Source: Heptranchias perlo (lineage: Eukaryota). From it: DNA of 64,000 nucleotides. Both the position numbers and the translations under genes were made by a program. The stretch's first letter is position 1; every line of letters starts with the position of its first letter. Of this stretch, positions 26,546 to 37,374 are shown one piece after another. The stretch spans positions 248,001-312,000 of the forward strand of contig NW_027139217.1 in the NCBI RefSeq assembly GCF_035084215.1. Direction: 5' to 3'. A model generated the notes under the pieces. That model was not told the origin of the DNA. It made no database searches and worked only from the letters and a program-made list of their open reading frames with translations.

Positions 26546-26601
26546 TCAGGGACTCTGTGTTGTGTTGGGGATTATTTACAGGGAGTCTGTGTTATTTTGT
26601 T

Positions 26602-27709
26602 GGTTCATGCCCTGATCTCTCTCTCTCTCTCTCTCTGGGGTTGGTGTTTTGGGGTTGGTGTTTTGGGGTTCATGCCCTGATCTCTCTCTCTCTGGGGTTG
26701 GTGTTTTGGGGTTCATGCCCTGATCTCTCTCTCTCTCTGGGGTTGGTGTTTTGGGGTTCATGCCCTGATCTCTCTCTCTCTCTGGGGTTGGTGTTTTGGG
26801 GTTCATGCCCTGATCTCTCTCTCTCTGGGGTTGGTGTTTTGGGGTTCATGCCCTGATCTCTCTCTCTCTCTGGGGTTGGTGTTTTGGGGTTCATGCCCTG
26901 ATCTCTCTCTCTCTGGGGTTGGTGTTTTGGGGTTCATGCCCTGATCTCTCTCTCTCTGGGGTTGGTGTTTTGGGGTTCATGCCCTGATCTCTTTCTCTCT
27001 CTGGGGTTGGTGTTTTGGGGTTCATGCCCTGATCTCTCTCTCTCTGGGGTTGGTGTTTTGGGGTTCATGCCCTGATCTCTCTCTCTCTCTGGGGTTGGTG
27101 TTTTGGGGTTCATGCCCTGATCTCTCTCTCTCTCTGGGGTTGGTGTTTTGGAGTTGATGCCCTGATCTCTCTCTCTCTCTGGGGTTGGTGTTTTGGGGTT
27201 CATGCCCTGATCTCTCTCTCTCTCTCTGGGGTTGGTGTTTTGGGGTTCATGCCCTGATCTCTCTCTCTCTCTCTGGGGTTGGTGTTTTGGGGTTCATGCC
27301 CTGATCTCTCTCTCTCTCTGGGGTTGGTGTTTTGGGGTTCATGCCCTGATCTCTCTCTCTGGGGTTGGTGTTTTGGGGTTCATGCCCTGATCTCTCTCTC
27401 TCTGGGGTTGGTGTTTTGGGGTTCATGCCCTGATCTCTCTCTCTCTCTGGGGTTGGTGTTTTGGGGTTCATGCCCTGATCTCTCTCTCTGGGGTTGGTGT
27501 TTTGGGGTTCATGCCCTGATCTCTCTCTCTCTCTGGGGTTGGTGTTTTGGGGTTCATGCCCTGATCTCTCTCTCTCTCTGGGGTTGGTGTTTTGGGGTTC
27601 ATGCCCTGATCTCTCTCTCTCTCTGGGGTTGGTGTTTTGGGGTTCATGCCCTGATCTCTCTCTCTCTGGGGTTGGTGTTCTGGGGTTCATGCCCTGATCT
27701 CTCTCTCTG
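26602..27709. repeat. ~40-50-bp minisatellite with variable (CT)n, abutting the alpha1 acceptor
   Basis: Unit ggggttggtgttttggggttcatgccctgat(ct)n. Confidence 0.96.
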
Positions 27710-27717
27710 TGTTTCAG

Positions 27718-27978
27718 GCTCTCACTCTCTCCGGTATTTTCTGACCGCAATGACCCCGATCCCTGGTCTGCCGCAGTTTGTTGCTGTCGGGTATGTGGAC
27801 GAGGCCCAGTTTGTGATGTACGACAGCGAGCGGAGGGAGTTGATCCCACGGCTGTGGTGGATGGAGGAGAGGGAGGGGCCCGAGAACTGGGAGCGGAAGA
27901 AACAGCTGGTGCGAGGCGAGGAACAGTGGATGAAGGATTATATTCAGATCCTCCTGACCCGGACCAACCAGTCGGTCG
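27718..27978 (+). CDS. MHC class I exon 2, alpha1 domain
   Basis: Acceptor tttcag|, 261 nt, GSHSLRYFLTAMTPIPGLPQFVAVGYVDEAQFVMYDS...EGPENWER...LTRTNQSV, donor G|gtgagt. Confidence 0.97.
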
Positions 27979-28019
27979 GTGAGTTCACTCCCTCCCAACG
28001 CACTCGGGCTCTTCCTGCG

Positions 28020-28530
28020 GAGTCAGGGGGCGGAGAGCGGGGTCAGGGAGCGGGGAGCGGGGTCAGGGAGCGGGGAGCGGGGTCAGGGAGCGGGGAGCGG
28101 GGTCAGGGAGCGGGGAGCGGGGTCAGGGAGCGTGTCGGGGAGCAGGGTCGGGGCGGGGAGCGGGGTCAGGGGTCGTGGTCGGGGAGCGGGGTCGGGGCGG
28201 GGTCAGGGGTCAGGGAGCTGGGGCGGGGAGATGGGTCGGGGAGTGGGGTCGGGGTGGGGAGCGGCGTCAGGGGGCGGGGAGTGGGGTCAGGGGGCATGGA
28301 GTGGGGTCAGGGAGTGAGGTCAGGGGCAGGGAGCGGGGTCAGGGAGCGGGGTCAGGGGGCGGGTAGTGGGTCAGGGAGCGAGGTCAGGGTGCAGGGAGCG
28401 AGGTCAGGGGGCAGGGAGCGGGGTCAGGGGGCGGGGAGTGGGGTCAGGGGGCATGGAGCGGGGTCAGGGAGCGAGGTCAGGGGGCAGGGAGCGGGGTCAG
28501 GGGGCAGGGAGCGGGGTCAGGGGGCGGGGC
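28020..28530. repeat. G-rich degenerate repeat
   Basis: gggagcggggtca motifs. Confidence 0.9.
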
Positions 28531-28632
28531 CAGGGGTTGACATGCGATATTCTGACGGTCATGGACTCGGACCAACCAGTCGGGCGGTGAGTCCTCGGCC
28601 TCAAACCGCACTCGGGCTGATCCCGGGGTCAG
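28531..28632 (+). pseudogene. Remnant 3' end of a second, diverged alpha1 exon with its donor and intron start
   Basis: QGLTCDILTVM(+1 nt)TRTNQSG|gtgagt...cgcactcgggct parallels QWMKDYIQILLTRTNQSV|gtgagt...cgcactcgggct of the main exon. Confidence 0.85.
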
Positions 28633-28692
28633 GAGTGGGCAGGGCTGCTCCCCCTGGAAGTGAGGAAGTTCCACCCCCTCCCCCACTGTGTG

Positions 28693-31335
28693 ACATAAGA
28701 ACATAAGAAATAGGAGCAGGAGTAGGCCATCCGGCCCCTCGAGCCTGCTCCGCCATTCATAGAATCATAGAATTATAGAATCGTAGAAAATTTATGGCAC
28801 AGAAGGAGGCCATTCGACCCATCGTGTCCGTGCCGGCCAAAAATGTGCCACCCAGCCTAATCCCACTTTCCAGCACTTGGTCCGTAGCCCTGTAGGTTAT
28901 GGCACTTCAGGAGCACATCCAGGTACTTTTTAAATGAGTTGAGGGTTTCTGCCTCTCCCACCCTCTCAGGCGGTGAGTTCCAGACCCCCACCACCCTCTG
29001 GGTGAAAAAAATTCACCTCAGCTCCCCTCTAATCCTTCTACCAATTACTTTAAATCCATGCCCCCTGGGCATTGACCTCTCTGCTAAGGGAAATAGGTCC
29101 TTGCCCCTCATAATTTTATACACCGGGGAACATAGGAACATAGGAACAGGAGTAGGCCATTCAGCCCCTCGAGCCTGCTCCACCATTTGATAAGATCATG
29201 GCTGATCTGTGATCTCACTCCATATACCTGCCTTTGGCCCATATCCCTTAATACCTTTGGTTGCCAAAAAGCTATCCATCTCAGATTTAAAATTAGCAAT
29301 TGAGCTAGTATCAATTGCCGTTTGCAAAAGAGAGTTCCAAACTTCTACCACCCTTTGTGTGTAGAAATGTTTTCTAATCTCACTCCTGAAAGGTCTGGCT
29401 CTAATTTTTAGACTGTGCCCCCGACTCCTAGAATCCCCAACCAGCGGAAATAGTTTCTCTCTATCCACCCTATCTGTTCCTTTTAATATCTTATAAACTT
29501 CGATCAGATCACCCCTTAACCTTCGAAACTCTAGAGAATACAACCCCAATTTGTGTAATCTCTCCTCGTAACTTAACCCTTGAAGTCCGGGTATCATTCT
29601 AGTAAACCTACGCTGCACTCCCTCCAAGGCCAATATGTCCTTCCGAAGGTGCGGTGCCCAGAACTGCTCACAGTACCTCAATTAAATCTCCCCTCAGCCT
29701 CCTTTGTTCAAAAGAAAACAACCCCAGCCCATCCAATCTTTCCTCATAGCTAAAATTCTCCAGTCCTGGCAACATCCTCGCAAATCTCCTCTGTACCCTC
29801 TCTAGTGCAATCACATCTTTCCTGTAATGTGGTGACCAGAACTGTACACAGTACTCAAGCTGTGGCCTAACCAATGTTTTATACAGTTCCAGCATAACCT
29901 CCCTGCACTTATATTCGATGCCTTGGCCTAATAAAGGAAAGTATTCCATCTGCCTTCTTAACCACCTTATCTGTCCTGCTACCTCGGGGATCTGTGGACA
30001 TGCACTCCAAGGTCCCTCTCTTCCTCGACACCTCTCAGTATCCTCCCATTTATTGTGTGCTCCCTTGCCTTGTTTGCCCTCCCCAAAGGCACTACCTCAC
30101 ACTTCTCTGGATTGAATTCCATTTGTCACTTTTCTGCCCACCTGACCAGTCCATTGATATCTTCCTGCAGTCTACAGCTTTCCTCCTCACTATCAACCGC
30201 ACGGTCAATTTTTGTATCATCTGCAAACTTCTTAATCATGGCCCTACATTTAAGTCCAAATCATTAATATATATCAAAAAAAGCAAGAGACCCAGTATCG
30301 AGCCTTGTGGAACCCCACTGGAAACAGCCTTCCAGTCACAAAAACACCCGTCGACCATTTCCCTTTGCTTCCTGCCACTGAGCCAATTTTGGATACAATT
30401 TGCCACTTTCCCTTGGATCCCATGAGCTTGTACTTTTTTGACCAGTCTGCCATGTGGGACCTTGTCAAAAGCCTTGCTAAAATCCATGTATTCTACATCA
30501 AACGCACTACCCTCATCGACCCTCCTTGTTACCTCCTCAAAAAATTCAATCAAGTTGGTCAGACATGACCTTCCCTTAACAAATCCATGCTGACTGTCCT
30601 TGATTAACCCGTGCCTTTCTAAGTGACGGTTTATCCTGTCCCTCACAATTGATACCAATAATTTGCCCACCACTGAGGTTAGACTGACTGGCCTATAATT
30701 ACTCGGTCTCTCTCTTTCTCCCTTTTTAAACAACAGTAGAACGTTAGCAGTCCTCCAATCCTCCGGCATCACGCCTGTATCCAGGGAGGATTGGAAAATG
30801 ATGGTCAGAGCCTCCGCTATTTCCTCTCTTGCTTCTTTCAACAACCTGGGATACATTTCATCCGGGCCTGGTGATTTGTTTACTTTCAAAGATGCTAATC
30901 CCCTTAATATTTCCTCTCTCACTGTTTATCCCATCCAATATTTCACACTCCTCCTCCTTAACTACAATCTCTGCATCGTCCCTCTCCTTTGTGAAGACAG
31001 ACGCAAAGTATTCATTAAGAACCAAACCCACATCTTCCCCCTCCACACACAGGTTACCTTTTTGGTCTCAATCAGATCATGACTGATCTTCGACCTCAAC
31101 TCCACTTTGCCGCCCGATCCCCATATCCCTTGTTTCCATCCCAGCCTCGAATATATTCAATGACTGACCATCCACAGCTCTCTGGGGGAGAGAATTCCAA
31201 AGATTCACAGCCCGCTGAGTGAAGAAATTCCTCCTCATCTCAGTCTTGAATGGCCAACCCTGAATCCTGCGACAATGCCCCCGAGTTCTAGACTCTCACA
31301 GGGGGAAACAATCTCTCAGCATCTACACTGTCAAA
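28693..31335 (-). mobile_element. Stack of about five co-oriented CR1 fragments in intron 2
   Basis: Repeated tails (acataaga, atagaatc, acatagga on +) and RT pieces (SNYRPVSLTSVVGK, DFSKAFDKV, SGVPQGS). Confidence 0.9.
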
Positions 31336-31363
31336 CTCCCTCTACTCCCCACCCCCCCCGCAG

Positions 31364-31912
31364 CCCGTGTCTCTCTATTCCCCCTGTGTCTCTCTATTCC
31401 CCCTGTGTCTCTCTATTCCCCCCCGTGTCTCTCTATTCCCCCCCCGTGTCTCTCTATTCCCCCCCCGTGTCTCTCTATTCCCCCCCCGTGTCTCTCTATT
31501 CCCCCCCCGTGTCTCTCTATTCCCCCCCGTGTCTCTCTATTCCCCCCCCGTGTCTCTCTATTCCCCCCCCCCCGTGTCTCTCTATTCCCCCCCCCGTGTC
31601 TCTCTATTCCCCCCCCCCGTGTCTCTCTATTCCCCCCCCGTGTCTCTCTATTCCCCCCCCCGTGTCTCTCTATTCCCCCCCCCGTGTCTCTCTGTTCCCC
31701 CCCGTGTCTCTCTGTTCCCCCCCGTGTCTCTCTGTTCCCCCCCGTGTCTCTCTATTCCCCCCGTGTCTCTCTATTCCCCCCCCGTGTCTCTCTATTCCCC
31801 CCCCGTGTCTCTCTATTCCCCCCCCGTGTCTCTCTATTCCCCCCCCGTGTCTCTCTATTCCCCCCCCCCGTGTCTCTCTATTCCCCCCCGTGTCTCTCTA
31901 TTCCCCCACCCC
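31364..31912. repeat. C-rich ~21-26-bp minisatellite
   Basis: Unit gtgtctctctatt(c)n. Confidence 0.93.
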
Positions 31913-32165
31913 GTGAAGTTAAGAAACACTTCGACACTCAAAGGGTGGGAGAAGTTTGGAAACTCTCCTCCGCAAATGGCAGTTGGTGCGAGCTCAATTC
32001 GTAATTTTAAATCTGAGATTGATAGATTTTTGTTCACCAAAGATATTAAGGGATGTGGGGCTAAGGCGGGGATATGGACTCAGGTCACAGATCAGCCATG
32101 ATCTCATCGAATGGCGGAACAGGCTCGAGGGGCCAAATGGCCTCGTCCTGTTCCTTTGTTCCTGT
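31913..32165 (+). mobile_element. CR1 3' end
   Basis: FKSEIDRFL..., with a gatcagccatgatctcatcgaatggcggaacaggctcgagggg tail region. Confidence 0.8.
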
Positions 32166-32589
32166 AATAAAGTTTCAATACTCAACAGGGAGCGGGCTGG
32201 TTTAGTTGACAGGCAACAGCAAGGGCACTGGCGAAGTGGCAGGGATGGGACAGGAGTGCTGTCATCCTGAGAGTGGACACTCGGTTCATGTTCCATGGAG
32301 CCACTGCCACTTGTTGTCTCCTGTTATGCACCACCTTCTCCTGCAAGAAAGTGGGACGTGTGTCGGTGAGTGTCCTGCAAGATGTTTGGGTGATGAGCCT
32401 GTCATGGTTGAATAGCTAGTGCGTGTGGCCTGTGTGTTGTGGGTGGGTGGCTTGCAGCAGTGGTAATGTGTGAGGGTGAGAGGAAGCTTCTGGTGGGAAG
32501 AGTTGAGTACTGATGGAAAGAGTTTGTTGGTATGTGGGTGATGGGGGTGTCGTGTGTGGGGCAGTTGGTTGGAGACACCACTGGACAGT

Positions 32590-32830
32590 TGACCTCACTC
32601 ACCTTGACCACTCATGTCAGAGCATTGAACTTCTTCCTGCACTGCGTCCATGTTCATGATGCTGTGGGCCTGGCATTGACTTCGTCCCCCGCTGCCTTGG
32701 GAGCATATATCTGGAGGGCCTCTTGACCCCCCGCGGATATAGGATGTCCCTCCTTCTGTCCACCTCTTGCACCAAGGTCTCTCGTGCATCATCAGAGAAC
32801 CTTGGTGCACGCACTCTCACAGGCCTGGTA
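32590..32830 (-). mobile_element. Myb/SANT-like domain fragment, PIF/Harbinger type
   Basis: RAPRFSDDARETLVQEVDRRRDILYPRG..., then after a frameshift EVNAR...TWTQCRKKFNAL. Confidence 0.65.
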
Positions 32831-33427
32831 CCAACTCAGATCGGCAGATTGGTGAGGTCTGACCTGCAGATTGGAGGATGTGGGATTTAGTAATGTGCAA
32901 CCTTTATTCAATGTTTTAACATAACTCAACCGTTTGTAAACATAGGGAGGGGACCTGTATCTGTGTTTTACGTGTGCGATGTCTGATCTCCGTTCAGACT
33001 CTGTCCGAACCCGTATCTTATATTTTGCAAATATCAGAGTCCCTCAAACGTTGAGCAGCCCAGTTGTTGCTCATTAAAAATTCCACAGTTCCCATCATCA
33101 TCGTGTTTCACGATATTGCAGCACAGATTCACTTCACCATTGACTTCCTCCACTTCCTGCAGACACACTGCACCTTCCCTTTAAGTGGTGCGAGCCACTC
33201 GTGATATCTGGGCCCCTGCTGGTGAGCAGCCACTCACAGTGCAGGGAGTGCTGGCTGGACGCAGCAATCAGGTAAATCACCAGGCAGCACGAATGTTACG
33301 TTCTTCCCACATCTCACCGACCGGGCACGGGTTCATCACGACCCGTGGAAGTGGTTTTCTCGGGCGGACCGAAAACACACCTCTTACTATAAGTTCAGGA
33401 ACGATCGGGACACTCGCTGGGAGCACG

Positions 33428-34893
33428 GGGGGTCCTTTAAATACACAGATTGTGGTCCAGGGGGTCCTTTAAATATATAGATTGAGGTTCGGGGGTCCTT
33501 TAAATACACTGATCGGGGTCCGGGGGTCCTTTAAATACACTGATCGGGGTCCGGGGGGTCCTTTAAATACACTGATCGGGGTCCGGGGGGTCCTTTAAAT
33601 ACACTGATCGGGGTTCGGGGGGTCCTTTAAATACACTGATCGGGGTCCGGGGGGGTCCTTTAAATACACAGATCGGGGTCCGGGGGTCCTTTAAATACAC
33701 TGATCGGGGTCCGGGGATCCTTTAAATACACAGATCGGGGTCCGGGGGTCCTTTAAATACACTGATCGTGGTCCGGGGGTCCTTTAAATACACTGATCGG
33801 GGTCCGGGGGATCCTTTAAATACACTGATCGGGGTCCGGGGGTCCTTTAAATACACAGATCGTGGTCCGGGGATCCTTTAAATACACTGATCGGGGTCCG
33901 GGGATCCTTTAAATACACTGATCGTGGTCCGGGGATCCTTTAAATACACTGATCGGGGTCCAGGGATCCTTTAAATACACTGATCGGGGTCCGGGGGGTC
34001 CTTTAAATACACTGATCGGGGTCCGGGGATCCTTTAAATACATTGATCGGGGTCCGGGGGTCCTTTAAATACACTGATCGGGGTCCGGGGGTCCTTTAAA
34101 TACACTGATCGGGGTCCGGGGGTCCTTTAAATACACTGATCGAGGTCCGGGGGGTCCTTTAAATACACTGATCGTGGTCCGGGGGGTCCTTTAAATACAC
34201 TTATCGGGGTCTGGGGGTCCTTTAAATACATTGATCGAGGTCCGGGGGTCCTTTAAATACATTGATCGGTGTCCAGGGGGTCCTTTAAATACACTGATCG
34301 GGGTCCGGGGGTCCTTTGAATACACTGATCGGGGTCCGGGGGTCCTTTAAATACACTGATCGAGGTCCGGGGGATCCTTTAAATACACTGATCGGGGTCC
34401 AGGGGGTCCTTTAAATGCACTGATCGGGGTCCGGGGGATCCTTTAAATACACTGATCGGGGTCCAGGGGTCCTTTAAATACACTGATCGGGGTCCGGGGG
34501 TCCTTTAAATAAACTGATCGGGGTCCGGGGGTCCTTTAAATACACTGATCGGGGTCCAGGGGTCCTTTAAATACACTGATCGGGGTCCGGGGGTCCTTTA
34601 AATACACTGATCGGGGTCCGGGGGGTCCTTTAAATACACTGATCGGGGTCCGGGGGTCCTTCAAATAAACTGATCGAGGTCCGGGGGTCCTTTAAATACA
34701 TTGATCGGTGTCCAGGGGGTCCTTTAAATACACTGATCAGGGTCCGGGGGTCCTTTAAATACACTGATCGGGGTCCGGGGGATCCTTTAAATACACTGAT
34801 CGGAGTCCGGGGGTCCTTTAAATACACTGATCGGGGTCCGGGGATCCTTTAAATACACTGGTTGGGGTCCGGGGGGTCCTTTAAATACACTGA
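33428..34893. repeat. ~31-33-bp minisatellite upstream of alpha2
   Basis: Unit tcctttaaatacactgatcggggtcc(g)n. Confidence 0.95.
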
Positions 34894-35037
34894 TTGTCTC
34901 CGTAACCCATCTGCCCACTGCCCCCCTCCCCCCACCCCCGGCTTCCCAGCTGATTTCCGACTGTGAGCTGGGTGGTGATGGGATGGTGGACGGGGTCTCG
35001 GACTGGGTCTGACTGACCCCCTGTGTTTGATTGACAG

Positions 35038-35310
35038 GAATCCACATGATCCAGCAGATGACCGGCTGTGATCTGGGGGATGATGGGATCACCAGTGGGT
35101 TCTTTCAGTACGCCTGGGACGGGGAGGATTTCATCAACTTCGACAGGGATCAGATGGTGTGGGTAACACCGGTACAGTGGGGAGAGATCACCAAGAACAA
35201 GTGAGACCAGGACACGCCCCGGAACCAAGGGGTGAAGGGATACCTGGAGGGGGAGTGCATCGAGTGGCTGAGGAAATACCTCGAGTACGGAGAGAGGGAA
35301 CTGAGGGCCG
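35038..35310 (+). pseudogene. MHC class I exon 3, alpha2 domain with premature stop
   Basis: Acceptor gacag|, 273 nt, GIHMIQQMTGCDLGDDGITSGFFQYAWDGEDFINFDRDQMVWVTPVQWGEITKNK*DQDTPRNQGVKGYLEGECIEWLRKYLEYGERELRA, donor G|gtgagt. Confidence 0.95.
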
Positions 35311-35740
35311 GTGAGTGAGGGGGGAGTGAGAGTCGGTGAGTGAGGGGGGAGTGAGAGTCGGTGAGTGAGGGGGGGAGTGAGAGTCGGTGAGTGAGGGGGG
35401 AGTGAGAGTAGGTGAGTGAGGGGGGGAGTGAGAGTCGGTGAGTGAAGGGGGGGACTGAGAGTCGGTGAGTGAGGGGGGAGTGAGAGTCGGTGAGTGAAGG
35501 GGGGGACTGAGAGTCGGTGAGTGAAGGGGGACTGAGAGTCGGGGAGTGAGGGGAGGAGTGAGATTCGGTGAGTGAGGGGGGGGAGTGAGAGTCGGTGAGT
35601 GAGGGGGGGGAGTGAGAGTCGGTGAGTGAGGGTGGGAGTGAGAGTCAGTGAGTGAGGGGGGGACTGAGAGTCGGTGAGTGAGGGGGGAGTGAGAGTCGGT
35701 GAGTGAGGGGGGAGTGAGAGTCGGTGAGTGAGGGGGGGAC
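35311..35740. repeat. ~24-27-bp minisatellite starting at the alpha2 donor
   Basis: Unit gtgagtga(g)nagtgagagtcg. Confidence 0.95.
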
Positions 35741-36029
35741 TGGGGTCTGATCCCCAATTTAAAGGGGTTTGTCCCGTTCCCTGGGGTCTAATCCCCAGTT
35801 TAAAGGGGTTTGTCCCGTTCCCTGGGGTCTCATCCCCAGTTTAAAGGGGTTTGTCCCGTTCCCTGGGGTCTAATCCCCAGTTTAAAGGGGTTTGTCCCGT
35901 TCCCTGGGGTCTAATCCCCAGTTTAAAGGGGTTTGTCCCGTTCCCTGGGGTCTAATCCCCAGTTTAAAGGGGTTTGTCCCGTTCCCTGGGGTCTAATCCC
36001 CAGTTTAAAGGGGTTTGTACCGTTCCCTG
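35739..36029. repeat. 41-bp minisatellite before alpha3, ~7 units
   Basis: Unit ctggggtctaatccccagtttaaaggggtttgtcccgttcc. Confidence 0.95.
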
Positions 36030-36067
36030 TCTCACACTGACTCGGCTCTGATCTGTTTTACTCTCAG

Positions 36068-36343
36068 TTACTCCCCAAGTGTTTCTTTCTGTGGACAAGG
36101 CCTCAGACTCTAAACCGGCCCAACTCTCCTGCCTGGTCACGGGGTTTTACCCTCGAGATATCGAACTCACCCTCCTGAGAAATGGACGGCCGATCTCAGA
36201 CACTGATTCCACTGGCATCCTGCCCAACCACGATGGCACCTACCAGATCAAGAGATGGGTTGAGATCGGGCCCGAGGACGGAGCCACCTACTCCTGTCAG
36301 GTGGATCACAGCAGCAAAGCAGGAGTGGAGACCCGAGACTGGG
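36068..36343 (+). CDS. MHC class I exon 4, alpha3 (Ig C1-set) domain
   Basis: Acceptor ctctcag|, 276 nt, LSCLVTGFYPRDI...GILPNHDGTYQ...YSCQVDHSS, donor G|gtaaga. Confidence 0.97.
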
Positions 36344-36394
36344 GTAAGAGGATCAGTGAGTGCAGGGGGAGAGTCTGAGGCTGAGGATTAAAGA

Positions 36395-36590
36395 TGTTTC
36401 TATCACCTCTCCTCATTCTTCCTTCCAAAATACATCACTTCACACTTCTCTGTGTTAAATTTCATCTGCCATGTGTCTGCCCATTTCACCAGTCTGTCTG
36501 TGTCCTCCTGAACTCTGTTACTATCCTCCACATTGTTTACTACATTTCCGAGTTTCGTGTCAGCTGCAAACTTTGAAATTATACCCTCTG
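36395..36590 (-). mobile_element. Short CR1 RT fragment in intron 4
   Basis: Minus strand ISKFAAD...WQMKFNTEKCEVM-like sequence. Confidence 0.65.
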
Positions 36591-37120
36591 TACCTGTGAC
36601 GGGGAAATTTTATTCAGAAATACAAGAGATTTCCAAACCTGCCTGTCTATAATGAGCAGCACCATATACCTGGGTTACACTGAGTTATTGACTGGCTGGG
36701 ATCTGTGTGTCAGGTGAAGGAGGCCGTTAGTCCATTGAACTCCTCAACCTTCCATAGAAAGGCCGTATCACCCATCACTATACTTCCACCAGCCGACTCT
36801 GAGACTGTGCTGGGGATTCATCACTTGTGGAGGGGACTAGTAATGACTTTGGACTGATGGGTAATTCCAATATCTGCAGACAAGCAACAACTTGTATTTA
36901 TAAAGTGCCTTTAATGGAGAGAAACGTCCCAAAGTGCTTCCCAGGAGTGGAATCAAAGCCACGCTGAACTTTCTAACCTCCAACTTGCTCTGATCAGACT
37001 GCCCATCACATCGCAGACTCGAATCGAACTCAGTCTCAGGCACAGCTTTGGTCTCATTACTTCCTAATCAGCAGCGACTGTCGTTATTCATTTCTCTCCT
37101 CCTCCTTATTCCCCCCACAG

Positions 37121-37257
37121 ATGGGACGTTCCGAGTGACTCCGGGATCTTCAGAGGGACCGAATCTGGGTTTAATTGTTGGAATTGTTCTTGCTGCCATC
37201 GCCCTGATTGCTCTCGTCATTGGTGCCGTTGTCTGGAAGAAGAGAGGTAGGAAATGA
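37121..37257 (+). CDS. MHC class I exon 5, connecting peptide and transmembrane segment
   Basis: Pyrimidine tract then cacag|; DGTFRVTPGSSEGPNLGLIVGIVLAAIALIALVIGAVVWKKR. Possible donor G|gtagga at 37247, or read-through GRK-TGA ending 37257. Confidence 0.92.
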
Positions 37258-37374
37258 GGACAGGATCTGTCCCACACGGGGATGAGCAGGTTCAAATGTT
37301 ACAGCACAAATGGCAGAACATTAGAGACTTCCCATAGACATGTGGGAAACTCCGACACAGTCCAGTGATGGACA

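Larger units (their letters stand above)
22602..37257 (+). pseudogene. MHC class I heavy-chain gene (U-type, shark-like), probably pseudogenised by a nonsense codon in alpha2
   Basis: Five phase-1 exons with GT-AG borders splice in frame into leader-alpha1-alpha2-alpha3-TM. Hallmarks: GSHSLRYF start, NQS glycan site, alpha2 and alpha3 Cys pairs. In-frame TGA at 35202-35204. Confidence 0.95.

Noticed and set aside
27279-28706. 475-aa ORF suggesting alpha1 fused to a Gly/Ser linker, or use of the second donor at 28587
   Set aside because: The flanks are intronic repeats. An exon 27718-28586 (869 nt) would end in phase 0 and be out of frame with alpha2.
35202-35204. Selenocysteine recoding of the TGA
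   Set aside because: The position is a conserved Trp, not Cys, and no SECIS element was recognised.
35198-35206. Cryptic donor caa|gtgaga created by the nonsense change, as a possible rescue
   Set aside because: It gives a phase-2 end, which frameshifts into alpha3.
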